From assembly GCF_001194135.2 (NCBI RefSeq), contig NC_068985.1, positions 40,502,646 to 40,566,645 of the forward strand: DNA of 64,000 nt, read 5' to 3'. The notes beneath the pieces were generated by a model. That model saw nothing but the letters and a program-made list of their open reading frames with translations. It made no database searches and was not told the origin of the DNA. Positions 63,926 through 64,000 of this stretch are shown one piece after another (position 1 is the first letter of the stretch; the number at the start of each line of letters is the position of its first letter). The position numbers were made by a program, and so were the translations under genes. The DNA is from Octopus bimaculoides. Lineage: Eukaryota.

Positions 63926-64000
63926 GTAGATATGTATGTATTGTCTTTTTTAGAAAATATTGATAACATTTCCGCAGACCAACCTCTAACAGAATTAATT

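Overview
AT-rich, repeat-dense animal genomic DNA with six N-gaps. The SINE and RTE-LINE families look like those of an octopus (coleoid cephalopod); this is recalled family knowledge, not a database result. The window most likely holds the 5' end of one + strand protein-coding gene. A start exon (ATG GAA GAA GTG G, 6109-6121) splices in phase across a ~33-kb intron to a 96-nt exon (39089-39184), giving MEEVDKFSKIIEELKLCQISGKEQALDDLLNHLTDS, possibly RAP1GDS1/SmgGDS-like. There may be a divergent minus-strand transcript from the same CpG-retaining promoter region. Most other recognisable sequence is transposon-derived: a near-full-length mariner with TIRs and TA TSD, a deleted second mariner, three TTAA-flanked piggyBac-type MITEs, a Gypsy 5'LTR-PBS(tRNA-Leu)-gag-protease remnant, jockey/I-like and RTE LINE fragments (one with a PHD-like finger), a hAT remnant, several tRNA-derived SINE families and many microsatellites. 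The most unusual structure is a ~66-bp tandem twin-hairpin module with compensatory base changes in the RTE 3' UTR. No rRNA, tRNA genes or CRISPR arrays were seen. Almost all long ORFs in the track are artefacts of microsatellites or N-gaps. Most repeat boundaries are approximate.
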